52,790 bases of DNA from a virus (IMGVR_UViG_3300049846_001564:1-52790), one strand, 5' to 3'. Numbered from the stretch's first letter, positions 1 to 10,398 are shown. A program made the numbers and translations. Notes: generated by a model from the sequence alone, not told the origin.

Positions 1-567
1 ATCATAGACAATCTGTATAGTCTTATCATTATAATATTCAGTATACTTATCTCTATTTGATTTATTCGAGTGCATATTTCCTATCTCAATCGGTAACTTT
101 ACATTTTGTAAAATTCCGGGCTTACTAAAATCTTCCATTTTAATATAATTAGATTTGGGAATGTTAGCCCATTCACACATTTGTGCATATCTTTTAGTAT
201 GTAATCCTGAATTATCAAATACCAACGAATCACGATTATATTGAATATATTCAATAAAATATTCGAATCCTTTATCTAATATTTCATATTCTTTTCTAAA
301 ATCAATATCATTTTTATGGTGAAACTTTAAGAAATGATACCAAGAAACATACCAATCCCATGGATTTCGAATAGTGGTAAAGACTATCGATTTTTCCAAT
401 TGCAAATTGGGAGCTACTTGTTTAATATCATCTAAGTTTATATGTCCTTCTAAATAATCAATATGAATATTGTTTCGTTGAAGTACGTGTTCAATAGTAG
501 TACCTCCCGTTTTAGGTATATGAACGTACACATATTGTGTATTATCATGTTTAAATAAGTATGCCAT
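1..567 (-). CDS. sulfotransferase family 2 protein (3' end runs off the window; not in ORF track)
   Basis: Hand translation from ATG 567: MAYLFKHDNTQYVYVHIPKTGGTT (5'-PSB motif HIPKTGGT) and TIRNPWDWYVSWY (3'-PB motif). Confidence 0.85.
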   Translation of the reverse strand, partial: MAYLFKHDNTQYVYVHIPKTGGTTIEHVLQRNNIHIDYLEGHINLDDIKQVAPNLQLEKSIVFTTIRNPWDWYVSWYHFLKFHHKNDIDFRKEYEILDKGFEYFIEYIQYNRDSLVFDNSGLHTKRYAQMCEWANIPKSNYIKMEDFSKPGILQNVKLPIEIGNMHSNKSNRDKYTEYYNDKTIQIVYD

Positions 568-569
568 TT

Positions 570-2084
570 TTATCGTTTAAAAAATTCCCATACATATGGG
601 TAGTTTATGTTAGTATGTTTAAATCCTGAATTTAGTAACTTATCTATAATATAAGTCCTTTTTTCGATACAATCAAAGGTATAATGAAATTGTATTAATA
701 ACGAATTAATTTTATTAATGTTGCCGGATTCTATTAAACTCTCTAATAGAACGTATTCAGACCCTTCTACATTAAGTTTTAATAAATCGATAACTTCAAT
801 GTTATTATCCTCAATAAATTTATTTATCCCAATAGCACGTACTTCTTCAGATTCTGAATCGCCTACATTCATCAAAAATGTACTACTGTTATCACTTTTT
901 GATATGGACAGATAACCATCATATTTCCATCCCACCAATGCAATATTGAATGTTTTTATTTTATTACTCTCTAATTTTTTTAATTCTTCATAATATTTTT
1001 TAACTGGTTCAAAACTATATATGTATGAATCATACTTTGATACCAATTTAATATATTCACCATCATAACCACCCACATCAAATATAATTGAATTGGATGA
1101 AAGATCCAAAATATCACTAGATAATAATGAATCCCCGCCAGCTTTAAAATAGTTATCTAAATAATATTGTTGAACATGGCCATCTACCATGGTCCTAGGG
1201 TCGTTGCTATCTATATTATCAAATTTTAAATTATTGGATTCCGTTTCAACTATTCTACAAATTATATTATTGTATATCCAATCTTCTTGGCAAATAAAAT
1301 CCATGGCTTTATGATAATTTTCAACTGCATATGGTAAATAATAATCATAATCATGTTTAGAATTTAATATATCCTTCAATTCATTAATAGTATTAAATGA
1401 TAATATTCCTGATTTATTAAGTGTCATTAATTCTGAAGCACCGTAGTATATAGGAATAGTTCCTACCATAATACAATTTAATAATTTTTCCGAAAAATAA
1501 TATGGTGACTTAGTGTTTTCAACTACAACGGCAAATTTATACGGTGCTAATATCTCTTCCATATATACGAAAGGTTTATTTACGCCACTCCCGTAGTAGT
1601 CTATATTAGATATTTCTTCTACTATTTTATGTCGCAATTTATGCCCCGTAGTATTTCGTTTATCGGACAACACCATACATACATCTTTAGTTTTTTCGTA
1701 TATACCGTCATTACCTGGCAGGATCCATGATCCTCCAAATGGGTAATATACAAACTTATTATGCAATTTTAGTAACGTGTCGTCATATGTCAATATTAAA
1801 TGAAAATCATTAGTACTAACATATTGTAATATATCTTCGTACAATTTAGGATTGGTTTCTCTATTTTCTACTAACCATGCTATTTTAACTTTTGACTTTA
1901 CATTTTTTGCTTCATGTATATGTTTATCCGTGAATATAGTTATACCATCAAACTCAGGTAAATCATGCACGTACCTAATATATTTGGGGGTTCTATTATC
2001 AGTAATGGAATACACCCCAGAAGAATTTCTAAGATGTTTAAATGATGAATCAAAAAGATTTATTGTTATCATAATTGAATCCAA
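570..2084 (-). CDS. GT10 (alpha-1,3-fucosyltransferase-like) fused to C-terminal FkbM-family methyltransferase
   Basis: YKFAVVVEN..YFSEKL..GTIPIYYG (GT10 motif); IFDVGGYDG, SFEP, LLKLNVEGSE (FkbM motifs). Confidence 0.8.
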   Translation of the reverse strand: MDSIMITINLFDSSFKHLRNSSGVYSITDNRTPKYIRYVHDLPEFDGITIFTDKHIHEAKNVKSKVKIAWLVENRETNPKLYEDILQYVSTNDFHLILTYDDTLLKLHNKFVYYPFGGSWILPGNDGIYEKTKDVCMVLSDKRNTTGHKLRHKIVEEISNIDYYGSGVNKPFVYMEEILAPYKFAVVVENTKSPYYFSEKLLNCIMVGTIPIYYGASELMTLNKSGILSFNTINELKDILNSKHDYDYYLPYAVENYHKAMDFICQEDWIYNNIICRIVETESNNLKFDNIDSNDPRTMVDGHVQQYYLDNYFKAGGDSLLSSDILDLSSNSIIFDVGGYDGEYIKLVSKYDSYIYSFEPVKKYYEELKKLESNKIKTFNIALVGWKYDGYLSISKSDNSSTFLMNVGDSESEEVRAIGINKFIEDNNIEVIDLLKLNVEGSEYVLLESLIESGNINKINSLLIQFHYTFDCIEKRTYIIDKLLNSGFKHTNINYPYVWEFFKR

Positions 2085-2884
2085 TTTTCAGGTATTATAT
2101 CACTCGTATCTAAATTTTTACTAGGACCAAACCATTTTTTAGGTGATACTACTATTTGATTTTCATTACATTTACTTAACCAAGCACCCCACCATGAAAA
2201 TGATGAATTAGCAATTACGTGATAACCGCATCTCGACATTAAAAATAAATCTATATAATCCTTTTCATTATTGATGAAATATATATTTTGCTCCGGAGCA
2301 AAAATTGTAGTACAATAATTTATATCATCACTAAATACTGCAATATTTTTAATATCAAATTCCTTTGAATTATCTACTATATACTTTAAAGCATCTGAAT
2401 AATATTCATTTGAACATAATGGGTGGTAATCTTGTTTTTCTACGTAATCACCGCGCCTAACATGAACAGCAATCGTGTGTTTGTCTATAATTGAACCATA
2501 TTTAGTATTAATGTATTCAGTCACATACTGTGGTTCGGAAAATAAATCTAATATTAATTTTCTATTGTGCTTAAAGTATTTTTCGGATTGAAAATAACCA
2601 CGTAATTTCAAATTAACGGTTATCGGCAATGGAGTATAAGAAAATTTAGGTTCATAATAATAGGTAAACATATCATCATATATACGTTCAGTATTTACTT
2701 TAGAAAAAATATTATTATGATATGAACCATATTCAGCTAATTTTATTTGTGGTACCGAAACTGTGCAGTTGTTATCCTTAGCATAACTGTATAAAGTAGC
2801 TATTTGAAACATTTGGTTGCCTAATCCAAAATTAAATTTTCCATCACCTGGGCCTAATAAATCACAAGTTATATATGAGTTCAT
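2069..2884 (-). CDS. alpha-1,2-fucosyltransferase-like, GT11
   Basis: GLGNQMFQ, GYFQSEKYF, HVRRGDY, NSSFSWWGAWL. Confidence 0.9.
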   Translation of the reverse strand: MNSYITCDLLGPGDGKFNFGLGNQMFQIATLYSYAKDNNCTVSVPQIKLAEYGSYHNNIFSKVNTERIYDDMFTYYYEPKFSYTPLPITVNLKLRGYFQSEKYFKHNRKLILDLFSEPQYVTEYINTKYGSIIDKHTIAVHVRRGDYVEKQDYHPLCSNEYYSDALKYIVDNSKEFDIKNIAVFSDDINYCTTIFAPEQNIYFINNEKDYIDLFLMSRCGYHVIANSSFSWWGAWLSKCNENQIVVSPKKWFGPSKNLDTSDIIPENWIQL

Positions 2885-3620
2885 AACTATTTTTATTTCT
2901 TATTTGTTGTTCTATTAGTTTCTGTGTGCTAGTATTTATAGAACCCTCATTTTGTAATTCAGGATGCCTATTTAAAATATATAAAACATCTTCACATCTA
3001 TGAATTTTATTATTACCGGCCATTTCAACCATAGGAATACACAGGACGTGATCCCATGCAGCTGAATAATATTCATTAGTGGCCGGGTTAATTAAATCAT
3101 TTCTATTTACTTTTTTTAATAGTCCTAGTTTATATGTCTTTAAATGAGAATATGCAAACGGGTGCAATCTACATTCTGTAGTAGGAGCTAATAGCATATC
3201 ATAATGCCCGCCAGTAGCTCCCGTCGGGAATATTTGGTATTGACCGAAAGTCATCCAAATATTTGGATTTTGGTATACTAAATTTAGATAATCTAAAACA
3301 AATACTGATGACAACCAATCATCACCATCTATCTCAACTATAATATCATTATCCGACACATCCAAATCACGTAATATCCAATCAAGACCACACATATATG
3401 CTTTTGATTGGCTTCCATTATTATAGTTATCAATTTTATGAAATCTAGAATCTAGAGATTCGTATTCTTGTATAATATTAGGTGTACTGTCTGATGATTT
3501 ATCATTAACGTATACGGCTATAAAATTTTTATATGATTGTGCACGCAATATTTCCAAATTAGTACGAACCCATTGTTCTACATTATAACAAGTAGATAAT
3601 ATTATAAATTTATTTTTTAT
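2862..3620 (-). CDS. GT2 glycosyltransferase
   Basis: CYNVEQW, VNDKSSD, EIDGDDW DxD motif; start MIKNKF chosen to minimise overlap with the upstream ORF. Confidence 0.8.
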   Translation of the reverse strand: MKNKFIILSTCYNVEQWVRTNLEILRAQSYKNFIAVYVNDKSSDSTPNIIQEYESLDSRFHKIDNYNNGSQSKAYMCGLDWILRDLDVSDNDIIVEIDGDDWLSSVFVLDYLNLVYQNPNIWMTFGQYQIFPTGATGGHYDMLLAPTTECRLHPFAYSHLKTYKLGLLKKVNRNDLINPATNEYYSAAWDHVLCIPMVEMAGNNKIHRCEDVLYILNRHPELQNEGSINTSTQKLIEQQIRNKNSYELIYNL

Positions 3621-3831
3621 CATCGTAGAGACCGTATTTAATATATCGATACCACACGCGTTCATGTATATAATACTGTAATGGTTTATATACTAATTCC
3701 ACTACGCCGAACGCTGCGCCTATTTTAATTGACCCGCTCATCGCCCATAATAATATAAATCCTACGAGCGTACTAATTATTCTGTAACTAATTGTTTTTG
3801 CTATATGCCGTTTCTTCCTAACATGAATCAT
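3610..3831 (-). CDS. small membrane protein, DUF2061-like
   Basis: KTISYRII, two hydrophobic segments, YYIHERVW. Confidence 0.75.
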   Translation of the reverse strand: MIHVRKKRHIAKTISYRIISTLVGFILLWAMSGSIKIGAAFGVVELVYKPLQYYIHERVWYRYIKYGLYDDKK

Positions 3832-4190
3832 AATAACCCTCGTGACTTCATTGATTCGCGAATAGCTGTTGCGGATATATCATGAATATCTGCTGGGGGA
3901 ACGTGTTCAATAATTTTATATCCTACACCTCTACCATAATTTATAGATTCAATGTCCGGTATAATCATAACTTTAACAGTTCCATCTAATATTAGATCCG
4001 AATAATGGTTTTCAATATTTTCCAATACTTCATGAGCTGTCCATGGGTTTTTATCATCCGGTTCCACATCGCGAATGCAAATCAAAATATTTTTATTTTC
4101 TTTAAGTGCTTGGTTAAATAACCATAAATGCCCGTCATGTAATGGTTGCCATCTACCGACGAACATAGCATATTGTTTCTTATTTTTCAT
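3828..4190 (-). CDS. HxGH nucleotidyltransferase (cytidylyltransferase-like)
   Basis: GRWQPLHDGH and ISATAIR motifs. Confidence 0.75.
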   Translation of the reverse strand: MKNKKQYAMFVGRWQPLHDGHLWLFNQALKENKNILICIRDVEPDDKNPWTAHEVLENIENHYSDLILDGTVKVMIIPDIESINYGRGVGYKIIEHVPPADIHDISATAIRESMKSRGLL

Positions 4191-4639
4191 AAATGTTTGA
4201 TTATTTCAATTAATGAATCCTCAGGATCAATATTAGTAGTATCAATATCAATAAAATTAGATACCGGCGGTTCATAATCATTTACTTTATATGATTCGCG
4301 TTCTCTACTTTCAGATGTATGTATATAAAATTCTTTTATATTATCACCCATCAGCTGTTTAAAATTTTCTCGTTGCTCACGATATGGTGACACTAATGAA
4401 ACTACTATCTTATTATATAATTTTAGATTATTTAAATAATGAGCTATTTTCTGCGCCGTTTCTATATTATTTATCCTGCCTTGTTTAGAATAATCTACAT
4501 TAGAAGTCAACTTACGCAAATCATCGCCATCTATGTGGTACACCCAATCTTTATCATATCCTTTATTAAAATGATCAACTAATAATCTTGCAAGGGTTGT
4601 TTTACCTGCGCAGGGTTGCCCCGTAAACCAATATATCAT
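4187..4639 (-). CDS. cysC: adenylylsulfate (APS) kinase
   Basis: WFTGQPCAGKTT P-loop, IDGDDLR, SLVSPY, YEPP. Confidence 0.85.
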   Translation of the reverse strand: MIYWFTGQPCAGKTTLARLLVDHFNKGYDKDWVYHIDGDDLRKLTSNVDYSKQGRINNIETAQKIAHYLNNLKLYNKIVVSLVSPYREQRENFKQLMGDNIKEFYIHTSESRERESYKVNDYEPPVSNFIDIDTTNIDPEDSLIEIIKHL

Positions 4640-5688
4640 ATACTTTTTTCTATTAATTCCTTAGCTTTGTCGAATGACATTGCATAGTATTTTTTCTTAT
4701 TATTACTAGTCTTTAAGATATCTAATTCTTGACAATACGCCAAAAAATCATTTATATCTTTTTGTCTCAAATCTAATTTCTGGTTAGAGACTAATGCTTT
4801 AAATTTAGAAGCTGACATCGATGGGTCTCCTTCTTTTCTAGATCCGTTCTGGTACAATAAATGCAATAACTTTAAATTGGTTTGCATTTGTTTATATTGC
4901 GGCGTATTCATTAATACCTTCATATCAGTAAAACTTTTTGTGATATAAAAAGCATTAAACCCGACACCCAACAAAATTATAAATTCCATAAATAAAGTTA
5001 GTAATACTAACGCCAATGTATTAGACTCATTCTCAGATTTCTTAGATTGATCTTTATTTTTGAAATCGCTTTCTAATGTAGAAATACGGGTAGTTCTCTC
5101 TTGTTCCAATGCTTTAATATTAGATTCATAGGTTTTTAGATCTTGCTTATCGCGAGTCCTAATGCGGCCATTTAAAGAGTTTTCGTATATCTGTTTAGCT
5201 TGTGTTTCATATACCGTTATTTTATTTTGGTAATACCCGAATATAGAATCCCTCTCCTGTTTGAATAATGAATCACTGCTAGTTTCTATTTTCTCAGTTT
5301 GGTCGATTAATCGATGTGCTCCATTTAGGCTTAAATAAAAAGACCCACCTACTAACATGATCACTAATAATGAACTCATAAATAATTGTATAGTAAATCT
5401 TTTTAGTTTTACCATATACATTACCAATTGTTCAAAAGCAAATCTCTTTAATAATTCATATCCACTCATAAAGACTATTATGAATCCGGATATTAGGAAT
5501 ACCTGATTGTTAAAAAATTCCGGAATAGAATCCGTAGCGTCTTTAACAAAAAAGTATGAAAAAATAACTGAGAATATATTACCTAAAAATGAAAAGTAAT
5601 ATAGCACTTTATCTAAAGTTAGAAAGTTATGCTCAAACGCGTTTACTTCAAACTTTTGTTTTAATTTTTCAAATAATTCTAATTTCAT
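4636..5688 (-). CDS. membrane protein with coiled-coil region, unknown function
   Basis: About 4 hydrophobic segments flanking a charged helical stretch. Confidence 0.6.
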   Translation of the reverse strand: MKLELFEKLKQKFEVNAFEHNFLTLDKVLYYFSFLGNIFSVIFSYFFVKDATDSIPEFFNNQVFLISGFIIVFMSGYELLKRFAFEQLVMYMVKLKRFTIQLFMSSLLVIMLVGGSFYLSLNGAHRLIDQTEKIETSSDSLFKQERDSIFGYYQNKITVYETQAKQIYENSLNGRIRTRDKQDLKTYESNIKALEQERTTRISTLESDFKNKDQSKKSENESNTLALVLLTLFMEFIILLGVGFNAFYITKSFTDMKVLMNTPQYKQMQTNLKLLHLLYQNGSRKEGDPSMSASKFKALVSNQKLDLRQKDINDFLAYCQELDILKTSNNKKKYYAMSFDKAKELIEKSI

Positions 5689-5996
5689 CTTATATCGTAT
5701 ATTTTACCTATTAAATCTTTATATTCTAATACAGTTTCTTCCCATGGATATTCACCATCTAAACTATACCACCAACCCCAATTACCAGTTTCTCCATTAA
5801 ATGCTTTCATAGCTTTTTTGCATTCTTCTTCTGTTTTAAATACAAATGTTTCCTCGCATAAAGCAATAGTTATTTTAATCGGATTAAAACCTAGGTGTCG
5901 TAAATATTCAATTGATTTGGACCTAGGAGTACCGAATCCTTCAACGAGCCCGTTAATAAAATCTGAACCCTTATTAAAAACATCATCTCTGGTCAT
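5685..5996 (-). CDS. hypothetical protein
   Basis: ORF coupled to both neighbours by overlapping start/stop codons. Confidence 0.6.
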   Translation of the reverse strand: MTRDDVFNKGSDFINGLVEGFGTPRSKSIEYLRHLGFNPIKITIALCEETFVFKTEEECKKAMKAFNGETGNWGWWYSLDGEYPWEETVLEYKDLIGKIYDIR

Positions 5997-6625
5997 TACA
6001 TTTTATTATATTTATCATTTTGATTTTCCTGCCTATCTATATCTTTAATATGTATAATGCAGTGTTCTTTACTGTCTATTGGTAAAAATGAATAATTCTT
6101 ATAACCATTTAATACTTCATGTACCATGCCTAACCAATATATAGATGGTACATTTTTATATATTCGCATTTGCCAATCAGGAAAATTAATATGACCTTCT
6201 TTATCAATTTTCCATCCCCACTTAGCTAAATGTTCTTGCGTCAAGCCATTAACGATATTGATTCTAGGAACCCAAATCGCATCGATGGTTTCATTTAAAT
6301 CAATAAAATCATGAATATTTAAGGCTAATGATTCCGATAATAATTCATCGGCATCTAAATTAACTATCCACTTTTTATTGCACTTCATATTTAAAAAATT
6401 CTTCTGTGCGCCAAAATTATAATTTAATGACCTTTTATGTATCGTAATATTTTTATATTCATCATACTTAATTAATAATTTTTTAGTTGTAGCATCTTCC
6501 GAGAAATCATCCACTATAACGATCTCATCATCCGGACGCATAATACCTAGAAGTTGTTCAACTAAGTTTTCTATATACTTGCCCTCATTGTGCGTGCATA
6601 TACCAAATGATACTGTATTAATCAT
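5996..6625 (-). CDS. GT2 glycosyltransferase
   Basis: CTHNEG, VDDFSED, NLDADE, VHE motifs. Confidence 0.85.
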   Translation of the reverse strand: MINTVSFGICTHNEGKYIENLVEQLLGIMRPDDEIVIVDDFSEDATTKKLLIKYDEYKNITIHKRSLNYNFGAQKNFLNMKCNKKWIVNLDADELLSESLALNIHDFIDLNETIDAIWVPRINIVNGLTQEHLAKWGWKIDKEGHINFPDWQMRIYKNVPSIYWLGMVHEVLNGYKNYSFLPIDSKEHCIIHIKDIDRQENQNDKYNKM

Positions 6626-7092
6626 ATTGCTTTTTGTAAAATACCAAGCTCTTCGCAGGCAGTTTTAAATTCATTCCTTTCAAATAATTTACTTCCTCCC
6701 ATATTAATTCTAGAAGAATAATATTCATCCTTTTTACCCGGTACCGGGTACTTGGTTCTTTCTTCTTCAGGTATTTGTACTACCGGAGCCATTCTCCATT
6801 TCCAGTTAGATTCGTTAGTACCATCAGGAAATATTAATCCTTTACTAGGGAAATTAAGTACTGATGGATACCATACTAAGTTAGTGTTCGTGTCTACGAA
6901 CTTAGATGCTTTTATAATTTCGGCAGTGACTTGTTCCCATTGTCTTAAATCAATTGAATTATGCACGTGCTTACTAGTAGTAGTATATCCGCATCCTACA
7001 CAAAGGTAGGAGTCAATTCCCGATTCAGCTTCTACATAGCATTCAATTTGCTTGCATACCGGACATTCTATTTTACCATTATCTTGTTCCAT
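6622..7092 (-). CDS. hypothetical protein with N-terminal Zn ribbon
   Basis: CPVC...CVGCG. Confidence 0.6.
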   Translation of the reverse strand: MEQDNGKIECPVCKQIECYVEAESGIDSYLCVGCGYTTTSKHVHNSIDLRQWEQVTAEIIKASKFVDTNTNLVWYPSVLNFPSKGLIFPDGTNESNWKWRMAPVVQIPEEERTKYPVPGKKDEYYSSRINMGGSKLFERNEFKTACEELGILQKAI

Positions 7093-7093
7093 G

Positions 7094-8458
7094 TTATTTA
7101 GTATTTACGCCATCGTTTGCACCCTCATTTACAGATACGGGATCCGGTTTAACGGGCACATCTAATTTTGGCAATTCTATTTTTTTCAATTTAGGTAATT
7201 TTAAAGGTACTGGCTTAGGTATATTATCATATCCAGCATCTAAAATAGATAACAACTTTTTAGTCATTTCATCTAAATTAAACATCGTCCTAGAACGATA
7301 TGCCTGTCGCTTACCTACCTCCTTGTATTTATCATAATGTTCATATACATCCCTCATTATACCGGATGCACTTCTATAATCAACCGTTGCCCAACTAGTA
7401 CCTGCATTTAAAACGCCTTGCCACTGTGCCGACGGATGAATAGGAGTTAATTGGAACGGTAAGAACACGGCGTGCTCCATAAAATCAACATAACCAGAAT
7501 ACTTAGGTATTATAACAGGTTTAGCTGATATAGAAGCTTCCAATATTGGTCTTCCAAATCCTTCTCCCTTAGTAAAGGAAATATGTGCTTTCACTTTAGG
7601 ATGATTATACAAATCATTCATTTGAGAATCAGATAAATTGCCATGTAATAAATACACATTTGGTAATTCATCTTTGGGATTGCACGTCTTTCTAATTGCG
7701 TCTATCTTTTCCAAGACAGTTTTTCTATCAGTATAAGAATTAGTGACTTGACTTGTCTTTAATATTAGTCCCGGAGCTTCCTTTTTATTTTTAAAAGTTT
7801 CAAAGAAAGTCTTAATCAGCATTCCCACATCCTTCCTATCTTGTCCTAAATCACCTTGTAACCAATGGCCCACGAATAAAAAATTAAATTTTTCGGGAAT
7901 AGTGTTTAAAATAGAATCCGTGGCATAATCATCTCTTTTGAAAAATTTAGTTAAGTCAGCTCCTTCAAATAATACTTCTACTGGTATATTTAATTTCAAT
8001 TCGTTGATGATAGGGCTATTCGGATTGTTATCTCTACGTTGGTGATACATTGTATTGGTAAACCCCGTTTTCGCATGCTCCGATGATACTACTAATAAGT
8101 GCATTCTATTTGCTCCTTCTAACCAACTAGGATCGACGTGATCCGTTTCAATACCTGCTGTCATACCTATATTGTATTTACCTACGGGCTGAAATTCACT
8201 AGGTACTGAAATATGTATATGAATATCAGGTTGTTTAGGTAAATCCGGATTTTGCATAATACATTCCTTGATTTTGTTATCCATCGGATCATTAGGGTCT
8301 AATCCATAAAATGGAGTATTGCCCCAATTTATAGGCCATATCTTTAATTCAAATTTATCTGAACTTAAAATAGCTCTTGCAATATCCCTTGCTCTAGCAC
8401 CATATCCTGATCTAGTAGATATCGGCGCTATCATACTAACTAATATTTTTTGTTCCAT
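7094..8458 (-). CDS. GT4 (GT-B) glycosyltransferase
   Basis: RSGYG, GEGFGRPILEA motif. Confidence 0.85.
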   Translation of the reverse strand: MEQKILVSMIAPISTRSGYGARARDIARAILSSDKFELKIWPINWGNTPFYGLDPNDPMDNKIKECIMQNPDLPKQPDIHIHISVPSEFQPVGKYNIGMTAGIETDHVDPSWLEGANRMHLLVVSSEHAKTGFTNTMYHQRRDNNPNSPIINELKLNIPVEVLFEGADLTKFFKRDDYATDSILNTIPEKFNFLFVGHWLQGDLGQDRKDVGMLIKTFFETFKNKKEAPGLILKTSQVTNSYTDRKTVLEKIDAIRKTCNPKDELPNVYLLHGNLSDSQMNDLYNHPKVKAHISFTKGEGFGRPILEASISAKPVIIPKYSGYVDFMEHAVFLPFQLTPIHPSAQWQGVLNAGTSWATVDYRSASGIMRDVYEHYDKYKEVGKRQAYRSRTMFNLDEMTKKLLSILDAGYDNIPKPVPLKLPKLKKIELPKLDVPVKPDPVSVNEGANDGVNTK

Positions 8459-8459
8459 A

Positions 8460-9401
8460 TTATTTTACTAAAACTCCATTATATTTAGGTCTAAATTCAT
8501 AATCCTTAGTGTTAATTAACTCTAAAGACTTTATCGGTTTCCAATTATCAAATAAGTAATCTAAACATTTAGTTGCGCCGGCTCCTAAATATTTTATAGA
8601 CATCCTACTTTCAGACGATTCTACCCACTCTCTTCCCAATTGTCCTAGAGCTTCTCTCATATCCGGACTCACTGAATACCAGGATTGCATAGCTTTAGCT
8701 AAATCCTCAAATGCTACTCTATCATCAAAAATATATGGAGTAGGAACCGATCCTTGTATACTTCGATTGCTAGGAAATACCGGTGCGGCCCAGCGACCAT
8801 GTTTTTGATATAGACCGGTATGATTACTTGATATAATAGCATCAAAGTCTATCCAATTGCCGTCATCATCTTCAAATCTCATTTGATCTTGTAATCCACC
8901 GGTAACGTTTGCTATCACAGGAGTCCCTGCCATAAGAGATTCAGTACATGATAAGCCCCATCCTTCATTACTACCTATACATACCGTAACATCAGCTATG
9001 TTATATAGGTAATTTAAAATTTTAGTATCCGTGATTCCTTTTGTGAATCTAACATCATATATAGGACATAAATGTTTAATGACTTCAAGTAAATTAGTAC
9101 CATTTTCATCTACAGGTTGTGTGTGCAATAACAACGAACACTTCTTAGCATATTCTTCTGGTAATTCATTACAAAAAGTATTAAATGCTAAAATAATATC
9201 CGGTATCATTTTGCGGCGGATATTCCTACTATTAAAAAATAAAATGAATTCTATTTCATTATTTTTATCACCATAGAGTTCGGCCCGTATTTGTTCCATA
9301 TTAGCGTACTCTTGATGATTTCGATCAATTGGAAAAAACATATCAGGGTTTATCCCATGTGGTACATATGCCACGATCGGTTTGTGTTTTAAAACTTTCA
9401 T
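8460..9401 (-). CDS. GT4 glycosyltransferase, C-terminal (donor-binding) half
   Basis: YVPHGI, NSRNIRRK, NEGWGLSCTESL. Confidence 0.8.
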   Translation of the reverse strand: MKVLKHKPIVAYVPHGINPDMFFPIDRNHQEYANMEQIRAELYGDKNNEIEFILFFNSRNIRRKMIPDIILAFNTFCNELPEEYAKKCSLLLHTQPVDENGTNLLEVIKHLCPIYDVRFTKGITDTKILNYLYNIADVTVCIGSNEGWGLSCTESLMAGTPVIANVTGGLQDQMRFEDDDGNWIDFDAIISSNHTGLYQKHGRWAAPVFPSNRSIQGSVPTPYIFDDRVAFEDLAKAMQSWYSVSPDMREALGQLGREWVESSESRMSIKYLGAGATKCLDYLFDNWKPIKSLELINTKDYEFRPKYNGVLVK

Positions 9402-9970
9402 TATTTTTTCAATTCATAATTGTTCATAAAATCTAACTCAATATAATTACCTGGGCCTAATACTTCTCTATTAATGTTAGTAGTTTGTTTACTAATTCCC
9501 ATTAATAAATCGCATGATGCATAATAAGGTCGATTCCACATTGGGTATGGTAAATCATCCCATATATTCCAGTATATAATTGGCATTTGTTCACGGATTT
9601 CATCCTCAATATCAAATAACCAAGTGAAAAATCTAGGATCAGTAAATATCATCAATCCATCTATTTTTTCTAATCGCATAATATCGCGAATTAACATAAC
9701 ATTACCATATCCCTCAAATGGAAATACTCTAACATATGCATCTACCACTCCTGTTATTTGTTCTACATCCTTACTAATATCTAATATCTTACCAGTATCC
9801 GGATGCTTAATGGCAGCCCCGACTTGTAAATAATTATATCTATGACAAGTGCTTAAAACAAATTCCCTAGATTGTGTTCCTATACCACTAGGAAGACGTA
9901 AATCATCACTTAGCAGTAAAATCGTTTTTCTTTGTTCTTTAGGTAAATAACCTTCTCTTTGTTCAATCAT
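9401..9970 (-). CDS. GT4 glycosyltransferase, N-terminal (acceptor-binding) half
   Basis: ILLLSDD..SGIG, FTDPRFF, ISKQT; no EGxG motif; TAATG-coupled to the C-half. Confidence 0.7.
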   Translation of the reverse strand: MIEQREGYLPKEQRKTILLLSDDLRLPSGIGTQSREFVLSTCHRYNYLQVGAAIKHPDTGKILDISKDVEQITGVVDAYVRVFPFEGYGNVMLIRDIMRLEKIDGLMIFTDPRFFTWLFDIEDEIREQMPIIYWNIWDDLPYPMWNRPYYASCDLLMGISKQTTNINREVLGPGNYIELDFMNNYELKK

Positions 9971-9999
9971 ATAAAACCTTATTTCTAATAAATATTATT

Positions 10000-10398
10000 C
10001 TACGATAAAACCACAAATTTTTTATCGTTTTTTTCTAACTGTTTAATACAAGTTCGTACTGATGGGTCATCTACATTTTCAGTCATACAAAAACAAACAT
10101 CTACGTATTTAGAAAAAATCTTATCACGTAAAATAAAATTAAATGCTCTGTATGGTTTATTATAAAATGATTCATTCATCGCTGAATATAGATTATGTGT
10201 AGAGTGAGCCGGATTGAATTCTTTGTATTGCAACCCAAATTCCAACGCGCACTTCTTAATATATTTATCGGTAGGTGTATTACCGCCCCTACTAACTATT
10301 TCAACTAAAGAACCATATTTACGTTTTAATTCGAATATGATATCTTTAATTTTTTGTTTATTAGTATATTTTAATTCATTTATTATTCCGACTTTCAT
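10000..10398 (-). CDS. SLOG/YspA-like protein (degenerate)
   Basis: MKVGII, EIVSRGG..TDKY, FILRD pattern resembles the SLOG fold. Confidence 0.45.
   Translation of the reverse strand: MKVGIINELKYTNKQKIKDIIFELKRKYGSLVEIVSRGGNTPTDKYIKKCALEFGLQYKEFNPAHSTHNLYSAMNESFYNKPYRAFNFILRDKIFSKYVDVCFCMTENVDDPSVRTCIKQLEKNDKKFVVLS

Noticed and set aside
9395-9412. Programmed frameshift fusing the two GT4 halves
   Set aside because: G AAA AAA is not a canonical X XXY YYZ site, and the TAATG overlap is explained by ordinary translational coupling.
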